Source: Bacillales bacterium (lineage in GTDB: Bacteria > Bacillota > Bacilli > Bacillales > DASSOY01). Taken from it: DNA of 64,000 bases. The position numbers and the translations under genes were made by a program. Below the pieces are notes generated by a model, which made no database searches, was not told the DNA's origin, and saw only the letters and a program-made list of their open reading frames with translations. The stretch covers positions 72,484 to 136,483 of the forward strand of contig DASSOY010000048.1 of NCBI GenBank assembly GCA_035700025.1, given 5' to 3'. Of the stretch, positions 1 to 9,758 are shown piece after piece (position 1 is the stretch's first letter; every line of letters starts with the position of its first letter).

Positions 1-217
1 GTTCGAAAGGAGCGGCGATGTGTAAGCCGAAAATGACGCAACGAGTGTGAGGAATATCGGCCGAAAAGCCCGTTGGACCCGCGCTTTCCATTCTTTCCAA
101 CATTATACAATCAAAACTTTTTCAGATTTTTTGAAAAAACTTGTTAAAAAGTCCTCGGTTCTTTCCGATATTGTAGTAAAATGGGACTAAAGTAATGCGC
201 TTGAGGAGGGACAGCGG

Positions 218-1918
218 ATGACGGCCAGGATAAAAGCCTGGATTTGGGTCGTTTGGGCTATTACATGGCCCATTCTGTTGTATTCAGTCTATGTTCAGTA
301 CGGCTTCCATATTGAAGGGGAAGTTTTCCAGTATTTGTTGTTTGTGTTGCTTGCCGTCATTGTTGCACTCATGCCGATTCAAGTGAAAGGTACCGACCTT
401 GTAGTCACTCAAGGCGTGCTGCTTGCGATTTTTCTCGAATTCGGATTGTTTGCGGAAGTCATTGCCCAACAAATCGCGATGGTCGCCTTTTTAATCTTTT
501 TGCGCGTGGACAAGAAAGACTTGTACCGCTATCCGCTGAATTTGTTAATGTTTTTCTTTATTTCTTACTTTTCCGGCATTGCCTTTTTCGCGGCGGGAGG
601 GGACATAGGTTCGATTGACGTGACTTCGCCGATTGCCATCGTGCCGATTCTCGTATATGTAACGGCGGTATTTATGATCAATCAGTTATTGTTGACCGCC
701 GTTCGCCGATTTTTGATGCGGCAGCGCTACATGTTTTTAGGGAAAGACGTTCTTTGGGAAGCGGTGATGACCTTGCTCATGCTCCCAATTGCGCTGGCTT
801 TGTTTTCGTTGTATTCCGAACTCAAAGCTACGGCGATCTTGTTCGTCGGCGCACCGTTCATCAGTTTGTCAGTCATGCTTCGTATGTATCATTCAAGCGA
901 GAAGATTAACGACTTGCTGCAAAAAACGACCGGCATCGGACGTGAGTTGACTGAACGTCTTGAGGTTAAAGGGACATTAACGATTTTCATCGAAAAGATT
1001 ACCGAGATTTTCCCCGTTGATATCGCCTACATTCTTGATGTGAATGGGGATGATGACGAGAACATGAAAATTTTGCGCGTGTTTGAGAAAAACAAAGGTC
1101 ACTTGACTGCCCAAACCCATTTGAGCAAAACTTCGGGCGTCAGCGGCAGGGTATATACGACGGGTGCCGGAGTTCTTTATTTTTCTAGAAAACAGTGGTA
1201 CCACCTTTCTAAAGGGTTCTTGCCGAAAACGATGCAGTCCATCATTTCTGTTCCGATGCGGAGAAATCAGGAGATCACCGGCATCATCACGCTCGCCGCT
1301 AAGCAAAAACACGCATTCGCACGTCACCATTTGATGGTGCTTGAAATTCTCGCTAACTATCTTGCAGTAGCTGTTGAAAACGCGAGAAACTATGAAGAAA
1401 CGAAGAATCGCAGTGAACGCGATCCGCTCACGAATTTATACAACTACCGTTTTTTCATGGACAAACTCGATTCGATGTTTGCGACGCCTGCGCCGGCATT
1501 TCCGTTCAGCATTTTGCTCATTGACCTTGACCATTTCAAGTCCATTAACGATACATACGGCCATGATGCCGGAAACCAGGTGCTTTGCCAATTCTCAGAA
1601 AGGCTCGTTCATTTGGTCGAAGAAAAAGGAACAGTGGCTCGTTACGGCGGCGAAGAGTTTGTTGTCATCTTGCATCGGTCGGACGAACGCGAGTGTTTGG
1701 CCTTTGCCGAAGAGGTGTGCCGCAAAACCGCAGACCAGCCGTTTTTCTCGAAAGAAGGCTTTCGTGAACAAAAAATTCGCGTAACAGCGAGCATCGGCGT
1801 TGCAACGGCACCCCTTCACGGAGAAGATGCGATGTCTTTGATTCGCAATGCCGACCGAGCGATGTTTACAGGGGCGAAGCAGCAAGGAAGAAACCGCGTA
1901 GCCGCTTATACCGGATGA
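218..1918 (+). CDS. membrane-anchored GAF-GGDEF diguanylate cyclase
   Basis: 566-aa ORF with a GAGGAGGG SD about 8 nt upstream of ATG 218. The N-terminal ~200 aa are hydrophobic helices, followed by a central GAF-like segment and a C-terminal GGDEF domain with an intact RYGGEEFVVIL motif and DLDHFKSINDTYGH. Confidence 0.85.
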   Translation: MTARIKAWIWVVWAITWPILLYSVYVQYGFHIEGEVFQYLLFVLLAVIVALMPIQVKGTDLVVTQGVLLAIFLEFGLFAEVIAQQIAMVAFLIFLRVDKKDLYRYPLNLLMFFFISYFSGIAFFAAGGDIGSIDVTSPIAIVPILVYVTAVFMINQLLLTAVRRFLMRQRYMFLGKDVLWEAVMTLLMLPIALALFSLYSELKATAILFVGAPFISLSVMLRMYHSSEKINDLLQKTTGIGRELTERLEVKGTLTIFIEKITEIFPVDIAYILDVNGDDDENMKILRVFEKNKGHLTAQTHLSKTSGVSGRVYTTGAGVLYFSRKQWYHLSKGFLPKTMQSIISVPMRRNQEITGIITLAAKQKHAFARHHLMVLEILANYLAVAVENARNYEETKNRSERDPLTNLYNYRFFMDKLDSMFATPAPAFPFSILLIDLDHFKSINDTYGHDAGNQVLCQFSERLVHLVEEKGTVARYGGEEFVVILHRSDERECLAFAEEVCRKTADQPFFSKEGFREQKIRVTASIGVATAPLHGEDAMSLIRNADRAMFTGAKQQGRNRVAAYTG

Positions 1919-1926
1919 CGTAAAAA

Positions 1927-1954
1927 GAAACAGCTTTCCGAAGAAAGCTGTTTC
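1927..1954 (-). terminator. intrinsic terminator hairpin between convergent genes
   Basis: Perfect 12-bp stem GAAACAGCTTTC/GAAAGCTGTTTC with a CGAA loop. On the minus strand it is followed by TTTTTA, so it serves the BI-1 gene. There is no T-run on the plus side. Confidence 0.6.
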
Positions 1955-1958
1955 CTCA

Positions 1959-2687
1959 TCAATCGCGCAGTTTTGCAATCAGCCGCAACGTTTCCAAGTA
2001 GAGCCAAACGAGGGTTACCATCAATCCGAATGCCCCGTACCATTCCATATACTTAGGAGCCCCGTACCGTACCCCGTTTTCGATAAAATCGAAATCAAGA
2101 ACTAAATTCAGCGAAGCGACAATGACGATAAAAACGCTTATGCCAATGCCGACAATCCCGCTGCTATGCAAATAAGGGATTTGCATTCCGAAAAAACCGA
2201 GGACAAATTGAAACAAATAGACGAGCATGATTCCGAAAGTAGCAGCAGCGACGCCGAGTTTGAAATTTTCCGTAGCCCGGATGATTCGAGTTTTGTAAAG
2301 AAACAGCAAAGCAAACAATATCGCGAAAGTAAGACTAACGGCCTGGATGACAATGCCGGAGTACGCAGATGCGAACATCGCCGATATGCCTCCGAGAAAC
2401 AGGCCTTCGAGCAGGGCATACAACGGTGCCGTGACCGGGGCTGCTTTTTTTGCAAAGATCGTAATGAGCGCTGCAATAAAGCCTCCAATCGCACCAACTG
2501 CCAACCAAGGAACGACTGAAGCTTCTGAATGAAAATACAAGTTCCACGTCCAGACGGATGCTGCGATGGTCAACGCCAACAGCATGAACGTTTTGTTGAC
2601 TGTTCCTCCCAATGTCATCGGCTCGGCCGAGCGCTCACCAGCGCTTCGAAATGCTTTTTCTCCCAATGCCGGATTTCCGCTTCTCAT
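1959..2687 (-). CDS. Bax inhibitor-1/YccA family membrane protein
   Basis: The ORF track gives 1959..3032. The internal ATG at 2687 (MRSGNPALGEKAF...) has a GGAGGG SD (reverse complement of 2693-2698) and yields about 242 aa with 7 hydrophobic helices typical of the BI-1 family. The upstream extension overlaps comC and looks non-coding. Confidence 0.85.
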   Translation of the reverse strand: MRSGNPALGEKAFRSAGERSAEPMTLGGTVNKTFMLLALTIAASVWTWNLYFHSEASVVPWLAVGAIGGFIAALITIFAKKAAPVTAPLYALLEGLFLGGISAMFASAYSGIVIQAVSLTFAILFALLFLYKTRIIRATENFKLGVAAATFGIMLVYLFQFVLGFFGMQIPYLHSSGIVGIGISVFIVIVASLNLVLDFDFIENGVRYGAPKYMEWYGAFGLMVTLVWLYLETLRLIAKLRD

Positions 2688-2821
2688 GTTTATCCCTCCA
2701 ACCTTTATATCCTGCGTCTCTATTTTACTACAAGACGAGATCTTTCCCTCAATAGTATTACGTTCCAAACGCCTGCAAAGTTTCAATCTTTCAAACTTCA
2801 TTGCATCGGAGGTGATTTTCA

Positions 2822-3577
2822 TTGTCTTTGTGGTTCTCATTTGTTGTCGGGACCATTCTCGGATCATTTTATAACGTTGCAGGGCTTCGCCTGCCGAAGG
2901 GAGAACCGATTTTCTTTGCGCGTTCCCGGTGTTCCGGCTGCCGCCGTGCGCTCTCATGGCATGAGCTCGTTCCCGTCGTTTCATTTTTTCTTTTACAAGG
3001 ACGGTGCCGCAAATGCGGCTGTAAACTGTCATGGCTTTATCCGTTTGTGGAGGCAGCTACGGGTTGTTTGTTTTCTCTTATCGTTTTCGTTTTCCATTCG
3101 GACGGTTCCGTTTTGTTTGGTTTGTTGGTCGTTTCCTTGCTTGCAATCGTATTCGTTTCCGATCTTACGTACATGATCATTCCCAATCGTGTGCTTTTGG
3201 TTTTTCTGTTGATCTTCGTAAGCAGTAAAAGTTTCGGCTTGCTATCCGCGGCGTTTCCTTTGTCATGGACAGGAGCGTTGACGGGGTTCCTCGTTCCTAT
3301 GGCGGCAGCGTGGCTGAGTTCCGGTAAAATCGGGGGCGGCGACGTGAAATTGCTTACACTTCTCGGATTCATGCTCGGTTTGCCAGGTGTGTTGACGACG
3401 TTGTTTTTTGCATGTTTGAGCGGACTGTTGTATTCGTGTGTTCGGATCGGTATCGGGTGGATGAAAAACGATGAACCGATCGCTTTCGGTCCGTTCATTG
3501 CACTCGGCGCTGTGATTTGCTTGTTTTGCGGCAAACCGCTCTTGTCGTTGTACTTCTCTTTATATGAAAGGTTCTAA
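2822..3577 (+). CDS. comC: type IV prepilin peptidase (ComC/PilD family)
   Basis: 251 aa with a TTG start. It has the N-terminal zinc-binding CxxC...CxxC segment (CSGCRRAL...CRKCGC), a polytopic membrane body and GGGDVKLL around the catalytic Asp. Its position upstream of spoIIB-maf matches B. subtilis. Confidence 0.85.
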   Translation: MSLWFSFVVGTILGSFYNVAGLRLPKGEPIFFARSRCSGCRRALSWHELVPVVSFFLLQGRCRKCGCKLSWLYPFVEAATGCLFSLIVFVFHSDGSVLFGLLVVSLLAIVFVSDLTYMIIPNRVLLVFLLIFVSSKSFGLLSAAFPLSWTGALTGFLVPMAAAWLSSGKIGGGDVKLLTLLGFMLGLPGVLTTLFFACLSGLLYSCVRIGIGWMKNDEPIAFGPFIALGAVICLFCGKPLLSLYFSLYERF

Positions 3578-3622
3578 TTGATCGCGTGATTCATAGACTA
3601 TTGATAGAGAGGTGCTGCGACA

Positions 3623-4717
3623 ATGGGACAAAATAATCGCATATCCGTTCGCATTAACGGACAGGAAAAATTCATCGACCGGGAACCGGAGACGCGCATG
3701 GCTGCGGCGAGCGCGAATGAAAAATCATTTCAATGGGTGTTGCCGGATACCGACGAAACTGCCCAACCAAGAGGCAGCCAAACCGAGCACGCATCGGTGA
3801 ATCGTCCGTTCGAAAGAAAGGCGCGGAGTTCGGTACAACAAACCGATTGGCGAAACGTGAAGGGACAAGCTCCCGGCATTCCGCGGCAGCGCCGCAAGAA
3901 GAAAAGCGCCTTAAAAAGGAAGCAAGGAGCGGCGGGTCATTCTTTTGCGAAGAAAAAAATGAATAAAAAGAAACTGCCGAAGACACAGTGGTTTTCCGGC
4001 TTATCCGCAGTGGCGGTCGGCATTCTCATGGGATGGGTCGTGCTGTCGATGTTTGCTGGTCATGATCGCCAGGATGCCGACAAGGCAGCGGTTCCCTCAA
4101 CGAACAGCCAATTAGGAGGGACGAGCGATTCCGAGAAAACGATCACGAACTTGGATCTCTCGCTTTCGATCGTGCAAGGCGGCGTATTTTCGAGCGCAAG
4201 CCACGGGAACACGGCAGTTGAAGCGTTGCGAAGCAACGGTTATGCCGCGGTATTGCAAGAAAATAACGGGAAATTTTATATGTATATCGGCGTCGGCACA
4301 AGCCAACAAGAAGCGGAAAAACTTGGCCGGTTCTACAAAAGTATCGGACAAGAGGTATGGGTTAAACCGCTGAAGACTTCAGTCGAGGCGGAACAACTAA
4401 ATGGAACGGTTCGAAAGCAGCTGGAGACGGCGAAAGGGTTGCTTGAACAGTTGATTCCGGAAGCCGTTGAGCGGTTATCGGCTGATACAACTGGTAATCA
4501 AGCGGGTAGTGAAATGTCAAAGGTCAACGAAATGCTTGCCTCGCTTGAAAAAAGCGGCACAGCAGAGGTTAAGCCGCTAGTGAATCAACTTCAGTCATCG
4601 GTGGCTTTGTTGGAAAATTACGCGGAATCCGACGCGAAAAACGAGTTATGGAAGGCGGAGCAACATTTGCTGCAAGCAGTGATGAAATATAATGCCCTTG
4701 CAACGGCGGAACAATGA
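3623..4717 (+). CDS. spoIIB: SPOR-domain sporulation septal protein, SpoIIB-like
   Basis: 364 aa with an AGAGAGGTG SD 8 nt upstream. It has a basic N-terminus, a single TM (FSGLSAVAVGILMGWVVLSMF) and a SPOR-like segment (VQGGVFSSASHGNTAVEALRSNGYAAVLQENNGKFYMYIGV). It occupies the spoIIB position between comC and maf. Confidence 0.55.
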   Translation: MGQNNRISVRINGQEKFIDREPETRMAAASANEKSFQWVLPDTDETAQPRGSQTEHASVNRPFERKARSSVQQTDWRNVKGQAPGIPRQRRKKKSALKRKQGAAGHSFAKKKMNKKKLPKTQWFSGLSAVAVGILMGWVVLSMFAGHDRQDADKAAVPSTNSQLGGTSDSEKTITNLDLSLSIVQGGVFSSASHGNTAVEALRSNGYAAVLQENNGKFYMYIGVGTSQQEAEKLGRFYKSIGQEVWVKPLKTSVEAEQLNGTVRKQLETAKGLLEQLIPEAVERLSADTTGNQAGSEMSKVNEMLASLEKSGTAEVKPLVNQLQSSVALLENYAESDAKNELWKAEQHLLQAVMKYNALATAEQ

Positions 4718-4974
4718 TCAACGGGGAGTCAGGCGATGACTCTCCGTTACCCGAGTCTCTTTTTGGATTCGTTTGGATTCCCTAGCTTTTCACAGGGAAT
4801 TGTCATAAATCCCTCGGCTTTGTCGAATGCTTCTAATAAGGGGTACATCACGCGTTTGGAGGATTCGATTGTATTGGGGAACGGGTTTTGGTATGCTTAA
4901 TGAAACCCTTGTTATTTAATGTCATTCGGCAGATGTGCAGGCGTGATGCCTCACTTCGCAAAAGGGTGGTTAGT

Positions 4975-5559
4975 TTGGAACGCCTCATCTTGGCCTCGGC
5001 TTCACCTCGAAGACAACAACTTCTCTCCCGAATTTACAACTCTTTTGACAGTGTACCGAGCGGCATTGACGAATTGACGCCGAGCGGCATGTCTCCCGCA
5101 GAAACCGTCGAATGCCTCGCTTTTCAAAAAGCGATGGCGGTATGGCAACGATTTCCGAATGCAGTCGTATTGGGCGCAGACACGGTCATAGCGATTGACG
5201 GTGAAACGTTAGGAAAACCGGAAAATCGATCGCATGCGCAAAAGATGTTAAGGCGATTGTCCGGAAGAAGTCATGACGTGTATACCGGTGTGGCGATTGT
5301 ATCGAAGCATAAATCGGATGTCTTCCATTGTAAAGCGGCGGTAGATTTTTGGGAATTGCGGGAAACGGAAATCGCCTGGTACGTTCAAAGCGATGAACCG
5401 ATGGACAAGGCAGGTGCTTACGGGATTCAAGGCATCGGTGCGATTCTCGTCAAGCGGATTACAGGCGATTTTTTCACAATTGTCGGGTTGCCGATTTCGC
5501 AGACGGTGAGGGCGTTGGAGAATTTCGCTGTTTACCCAAGTTATGCCGAAGACAAATGA
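4975..5559 (+). CDS. maf: Maf nucleoside-triphosphate pyrophosphatase / septum formation protein
   Basis: The ORF track starts at 4888. TTG 4975 sits 6 nt after AAGGGTGG and gives MERLILASASPRRQQLL, the canonical Maf N-terminus. Alternative in-frame starts cannot be excluded. Confidence 0.85.
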   Translation: MERLILASASPRRQQLLSRIYNSFDSVPSGIDELTPSGMSPAETVECLAFQKAMAVWQRFPNAVVLGADTVIAIDGETLGKPENRSHAQKMLRRLSGRSHDVYTGVAIVSKHKSDVFHCKAAVDFWELRETEIAWYVQSDEPMDKAGAYGIQGIGAILVKRITGDFFTIVGLPISQTVRALENFAVYPSYAEDK

Positions 5560-5735
5560 TCACCGGATTCGACGAAGTCAATCCTCCGTGTATCGACGAC
5601 AGTTCCGTTGAGTCGGCGTGAGGGCCATCCGTGGAATGTATCATCTCCGCGTATGCTTTCGGTTGGCCGTATCAAGGTGGAAATCTTCATGGCATGAACT
5701 TCATGCGATGAATACATTACGAGGAGGAGAAGGTA

Positions 5736-6425
5736 TTGGAACGTCGTCCACTAATGATTCGAGATGTCCCTGAACAGGAAAGACCTCGGGAAAGAATGTT
5801 GAATGAAGGATCGGCCGTCATGTCTAATCAGGAGCTGTTGGCGATCGTGCTCGGAAGCGGTACGAGGCAAGAGTCGGTTTTGCAGTTGGCGCAGCGCGTG
5901 CTGCATCATTTTCAAGGATTGCGAAGGCTGCACGATGTTTCGGTGGAAGAATTGACGGCAATTAACGGAATCGGTCCGAGCAAGGCGGCGCAAATCATCG
6001 CGGCACTCGAACTCGGCAAACGTGTGTATGCAAGCGGCACGGAAGAGAGGTTGGCGGTGCATTCGCCGGAAAGCGGGGCGAAACTCGTCATGGATGAAAT
6101 GCGATTTTTGACCCAAGAGCATTTTGTTTGCCTGTATTTGAATACGAAAAATCAAGTATTGCACAAGAAGACGGTGTTTGTCGGAAGCTTGAACGCGTCG
6201 ATCGTTCACCCTCGCGAAGTGTTCAAGGAAGCGTTTCGGCATTCGGCGGCTTCGATCATTTGCTTTCACAACCATCCGAGCGGCGATCCGAGTCCGAGCC
6301 GCGAAGACGTTGCGATCACGCAAAGACTCGTCGAATGCGGGAAAATGATCGGGATCGAAATGTTGGACCATATTATCATTGGAGACCGGAAATACGTCAG
6401 CTTAAAAGAAAAAGGGTATGTTTAG
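5736..6425 (+). CDS. radC: RadC-family JAB/MPN domain protein
   Basis: 229 aa with a GAGGAGGAG SD. It has an HhH segment (INGIGPSKAAQI) and the JAMM motif HNHPSGDPSPSREDV. Confidence 0.9.
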   Translation: MERRPLMIRDVPEQERPRERMLNEGSAVMSNQELLAIVLGSGTRQESVLQLAQRVLHHFQGLRRLHDVSVEELTAINGIGPSKAAQIIAALELGKRVYASGTEERLAVHSPESGAKLVMDEMRFLTQEHFVCLYLNTKNQVLHKKTVFVGSLNASIVHPREVFKEAFRHSAASIICFHNHPSGDPSPSREDVAITQRLVECGKMIGIEMLDHIIIGDRKYVSLKEKGYV

Positions 6426-6526
6426 TACTATTCATGGAAAGCAATTTCAAGTATAATTTGAACTGCAGGTTTTTGAAGGAACATAACTAAATGGAATGCT
6501 TGATGGAATGAAGGGAGAATACATAG

Positions 6527-7558
6527 ATGTTTGGCGGATTTACGAGAGATTTGGGCATAGATTTAGGGACAGCAAATACGCTTGTCTATGTAAAAGGCAA
6601 AGGTGTGATCGTTCGCGAACCTTCCGTCGTGGCCACGCGTACGGATACAGGAACGATCGAAGCCGTCGGAAATCAAGCGAAGAACATGATCGGGCGCACG
6701 CCGGGCAACATCGTTGCCATTCGGCCGATGAAAGACGGGGTGATCGCCGATTTCGAGACGACGGCAACGATGATGAAATATTTCATTCGACAAGCGCAGC
6801 GTTCAAAAGGATTTTTCGGAAGAAAACCGAATGTTATGGTAGCGGTACCTTCCGGAATTACGGCCGTCGAAAAGCGGGCGGTTGAGGACGCGACGAAACA
6901 GGCGGGCGCTAGAGACGCTTACACGATTGAAGAACCTTTTGCTGCCGCTATCGGCGCAGACCTCCCCGTATGGGAGCCGACAGGCAGCATGGTCGTTGAC
7001 ATCGGCGGCGGTACGACGGAGGTGGCGATCATCTCCCTCGGCGGCATCGTAACGAGCGAATCGATTCGAATCGCCGGTGACGAAATGGACGAGGCCATCG
7101 TTCAATATATTAAGAAGACTTACAATTTGATGATCGGCGAACGCACGTCCGAAGCATTGAAGCTTGAAATCGGATCCGCCGGTGCGCCGGAAAACGTTGA
7201 AAACATGGAAATTCGCGGCCGCGATTTGTTGACGGGGCTGCCGAAAACGATTGAAATTACGGCTGAGGAAGTGGCCAATGCTTTGAAAGATACGGTGAAT
7301 AACATTATCGAGGCCGTGAAAATCACGTTGGAGAAGACTCCGCCCGAACTGGCTGCAGACATCATGGATCGCGGCATCGTACTCACGGGCGGCGGTGCGC
7401 TTCTTCGCAATTTGGACCGGGTGATCAGCGACGAAACAAAAATGCCTGTCCTCGTTTCCGAAAATGCTTTGGACTGTGTGGCGGTCGGCACCGGAAGAGC
7501 ACTTGAAAATCTTCATTTATTCAAGTCGAAAGCCGGGATCACGAGCCGTCCGAAGTAG
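6527..7558 (+). CDS. mreB: rod-shape determining actin homolog MreB
   Basis: 343 aa with [14 protein letters not shown] and [18 protein letters not shown] actin-fold phosphate motifs, followed by mreC and mreD. Confidence 0.95.
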   Translation: MFGGFTRDLGIDLGTANTLVYVKGKGVIVREPSVVATRTDTGTIEAVGNQAKNMIGRTPGNIVAIRPMKDGVIADFETTATMMKYFIRQAQRSKGFFGRKPNVMVAVPSGITAVEKRAVEDATKQAGARDAYTIEEPFAAAIGADLPVWEPTGSMVVDIGGGTTEVAIISLGGIVTSESIRIAGDEMDEAIVQYIKKTYNLMIGERTSEALKLEIGSAGAPENVENMEIRGRDLLTGLPKTIEITAEEVANALKDTVNNIIEAVKITLEKTPPELAADIMDRGIVLTGGGALLRNLDRVISDETKMPVLVSENALDCVAVGTGRALENLHLFKSKAGITSRPK

Positions 7559-7585
7559 AAGTCCAATCCGTAAGAAGGTGTAAGT

Positions 7586-8458
7586 GTGTCTCCTTTTTTT
7601 TCGAACAAGAGACTGATTGTGTTGCTCGTTAGTTTAATTATTTTAGTGGCTTTGATCGGTTACTCGATGAGGGATCGGCAGCGAACGTTTTGGCCGGAAC
7701 AGTTTCTGAGAGACACCGTCGGATGGTTTCAGTCCGTATTGTACAAACCCGCTCATTTCGCAGCGGGTTTCTTTGAGAACGTCGAAGACATGGCGCATGT
7801 GTACGAGCAAAACAAAGTGTTGAAATCTCATTTGAGCCGGTTTGGCGAGATGAGTCAAGAACTTATGAGGCTGCGGCAACGAAACGAACAATTGGAAAAA
7901 ATGCTAGAAAAAACGAAAGATGCCGATCTCGCGGATTATACCGTCATCCAAGCCAACATCATCGCGCGTTCTCCGGACGAGTGGAACAAACAAATCATCA
8001 TTAATAAAGGTTCGCAAGACGGTGTAAAAGTAAACAATGCCGTGATTACGAATGATGGATTGATCGGCAAAATCGATTCCGTCAATCCGTTTTCGTCGAC
8101 GGTCCAACTGATCAGCGACTTGAATCGGACGAATCTGATTTCTGCCGTCGTTAGAGGAAAAGAGAACAATATTTACGGCATGGTTGCCGGTTACAATGTG
8201 AAAAAAGAAGCTTTGTTGTATAAGTTTATTCCGCACGATGCGGAGATCAAAAAAGGACAGACGGTAACGACTTCAGGACTTGGCGGCGTGTTTCCAAGCG
8301 GGTTGATCATCGGAACGGTCCAAGAAGTTACCCCCGATCCGCAAGGGTTGACGAAAATCGCTTATTTGAAGCCGGCTGCCGACTTGTACGACATTTATGA
8401 CGTGATGGTCGTTGACCGCGAAGCTCGGACGCCGCCGAAAGAGGAGGATGACCGTTGA
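7586..8458 (+). CDS. mreC: rod-shape determining protein MreC
   Basis: 290 aa with an N-terminal TM, a coiled coil (LRQRNEQLEKMLEK) and C-terminal beta domains (GLGGVFPSGLIIGTV). Confidence 0.9.
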   Translation: MSPFFSNKRLIVLLVSLIILVALIGYSMRDRQRTFWPEQFLRDTVGWFQSVLYKPAHFAAGFFENVEDMAHVYEQNKVLKSHLSRFGEMSQELMRLRQRNEQLEKMLEKTKDADLADYTVIQANIIARSPDEWNKQIIINKGSQDGVKVNNAVITNDGLIGKIDSVNPFSSTVQLISDLNRTNLISAVVRGKENNIYGMVAGYNVKKEALLYKFIPHDAEIKKGQTVTTSGLGGVFPSGLIIGTVQEVTPDPQGLTKIAYLKPAADLYDIYDVMVVDREARTPPKEEDDR

Positions 8459-9012
8459 TCCGTCCTTGGCTGCCGCTCGTGACATTTTTCTTTTTCATCT
8501 TTGACGGCACGGTGATGCAAGTCTTTTCCGCTCACTGGTTCGGGGCGGACATTCACTTGATCCCGCGTTTCGCGATGATCCTCGTCTTGTTCACAGCCGT
8601 TTTTTACAAACGTTCGACATCTCTTGCTTACGGTCTAATTTTCGGATTTATGCAAGACATCATATATACGGACATTATCGGTGTTTATTCTTTTACGATG
8701 GCGTTCACGGCTTATTTAATTGCTTCATTCGCGGCGCTGTTCCGAAAAAATGTATTTTCTGCGTTCGCGCTTGTCCTTTTTGGCGTCGTTTTGCTGGAGT
8801 TCCAAGTGTACGGCTTGTATTCGATTATCGGAGTCTCAAACGCATCCCTCCACCAGTTTTTGTATGAGCGTTTGTTTCCTTCCTTGGTTTTGAACGGGGG
8901 ATTTTTCATCTGTGCCTATTACCCGGTGAGAAAAGGCTTCGACGGAATTGCCGACTTTTCTTTGCGCGATTCGGAAAAGATTCGCTCCAGTGAGTCGATG
9001 AAATCAAAATAA
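8455..9012 (+). CDS. mreD: rod-shape determining protein MreD
   Basis: 185-aa polytopic membrane protein. Its TTG start overlaps the mreC stop, and a GAGGAGG SD lies 7 nt upstream. Confidence 0.8.
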   Translation: MIRPWLPLVTFFFFIFDGTVMQVFSAHWFGADIHLIPRFAMILVLFTAVFYKRSTSLAYGLIFGFMQDIIYTDIIGVYSFTMAFTAYLIASFAALFRKNVFSAFALVLFGVVLLEFQVYGLYSIIGVSNASLHQFLYERLFPSLVLNGGFFICAYYPVRKGFDGIADFSLRDSEKIRSSESMKSK

Positions 9013-9069
9013 ATGCAGGAAATCCGTGCGACGATGTTGAATAATACTACGTTGAGGTGAGTGCTCGAA

Positions 9070-9738
9070 ATGCCGCAAAAAAAACCAGCCGTGACGATAA
9101 GGGGAACAAAAGACGGCCTCGTGTTCATTTTGGATGACGCGTGTTCGTTTCAAGATATTGTAACCGAATTGCAGGAGAAGTTATCGGCGAACGAAAACCG
9201 AATCGCATCCGGACGAAAGATGGGAGTCAAGTTGAAAACGGGAAACCGGTACTTGTCCGATTCCCAGAAACAGCAAATTCGCGAAATGATCTTAAATAAG
9301 AAAAATTTGCTCGTGGAATCGTTCGATGCGAATGTCGTTACAAAAGCGGAGGCGAAGGAAATCGCGGAACAAGAAAAAATGACGACATTTCAGCAAATCA
9401 TCCGTTCGGGACAGCACGTCAACGTGAACGGGGATTTGCTCATCGTCGGCGACGTGAATTCTGCTGCGAAAGTTCAAGCGACTGGAGACATTTTCGTGCT
9501 GGGGGCTTTGAAGGGAAGCGCATGGGCAGGCAGCAACGGCAACAATAAAGCGATTATTGCCGCATCCGTATTAGTACCTACCCATCTTCGGATCGCCGGT
9601 CTCATCATTCCGGGTTCGGAGATAGAACATACGGAAGGTCAAGCGAAATGTGCGTACATAAATCATTCAAGTGAAACGGTTGTTGTCGATCGAATTCAGT
9701 CATTGTATCAAGTGAGAAGAACTTTACAGACATCGTAA
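9070..9738 (+). CDS. minC: septum site-determining protein MinC
   Basis: ATG 9070 lies 9 nt after GAGGTGA and gives MPQKKPAVTIRGTKDGL, matching MinC N-termini. The C-terminal beta-helix contains the GDVNSAAKVQATGDIFVLG repeats. Confidence 0.9.
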   Translation: MPQKKPAVTIRGTKDGLVFILDDACSFQDIVTELQEKLSANENRIASGRKMGVKLKTGNRYLSDSQKQQIREMILNKKNLLVESFDANVVTKAEAKEIAEQEKMTTFQQIIRSGQHVNVNGDLLIVGDVNSAAKVQATGDIFVLGALKGSAWAGSNGNNKAIIAASVLVPTHLRIAGLIIPGSEIEHTEGQAKCAYINHSSETVVVDRIQSLYQVRRTLQTS

Positions 9739-9758
9739 CAGTGAAAGGGGTATGCAGC

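Noticed and set aside
1-217. Short SD-preceded ORF (ATG 18, MCKPKMTQRV) and an imperfect palindrome around 123-143 at the window edge
   Set aside because: Ten codons could arise by chance, and the upstream context is cut by the window boundary. I cannot tell whether this is a gene tail, a leader or plain spacer.
2529-3176. 215-aa and 102-aa plus-strand ORFs, and the 357-aa extended form of the BI-1 ORF
   Set aside because: They overlap the BI-1 gene in antisense or span the divergent intergenic region. The BI-1 start at 2687 and the comC start at 2822 have proper signals, and the extensions do not.
6803-7516. 237-aa minus-strand ORF inside mreB, with similar long antisense ORFs at 5751..6371 (radC), 10642..11331 (spoIVFA), 37333..38034 (recJ), 40382..41104 (relA), 43831..44580 (hisS), 51397..52149 (mnmA), 54653..55222 (recD2) and 57491..58522 (alaS)
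   Set aside because: Each lies fully antisense to a confidently identified conserved gene. They are R/H/F-rich with no SD and no recognisable domain, which fits stop-poor antisense frames.
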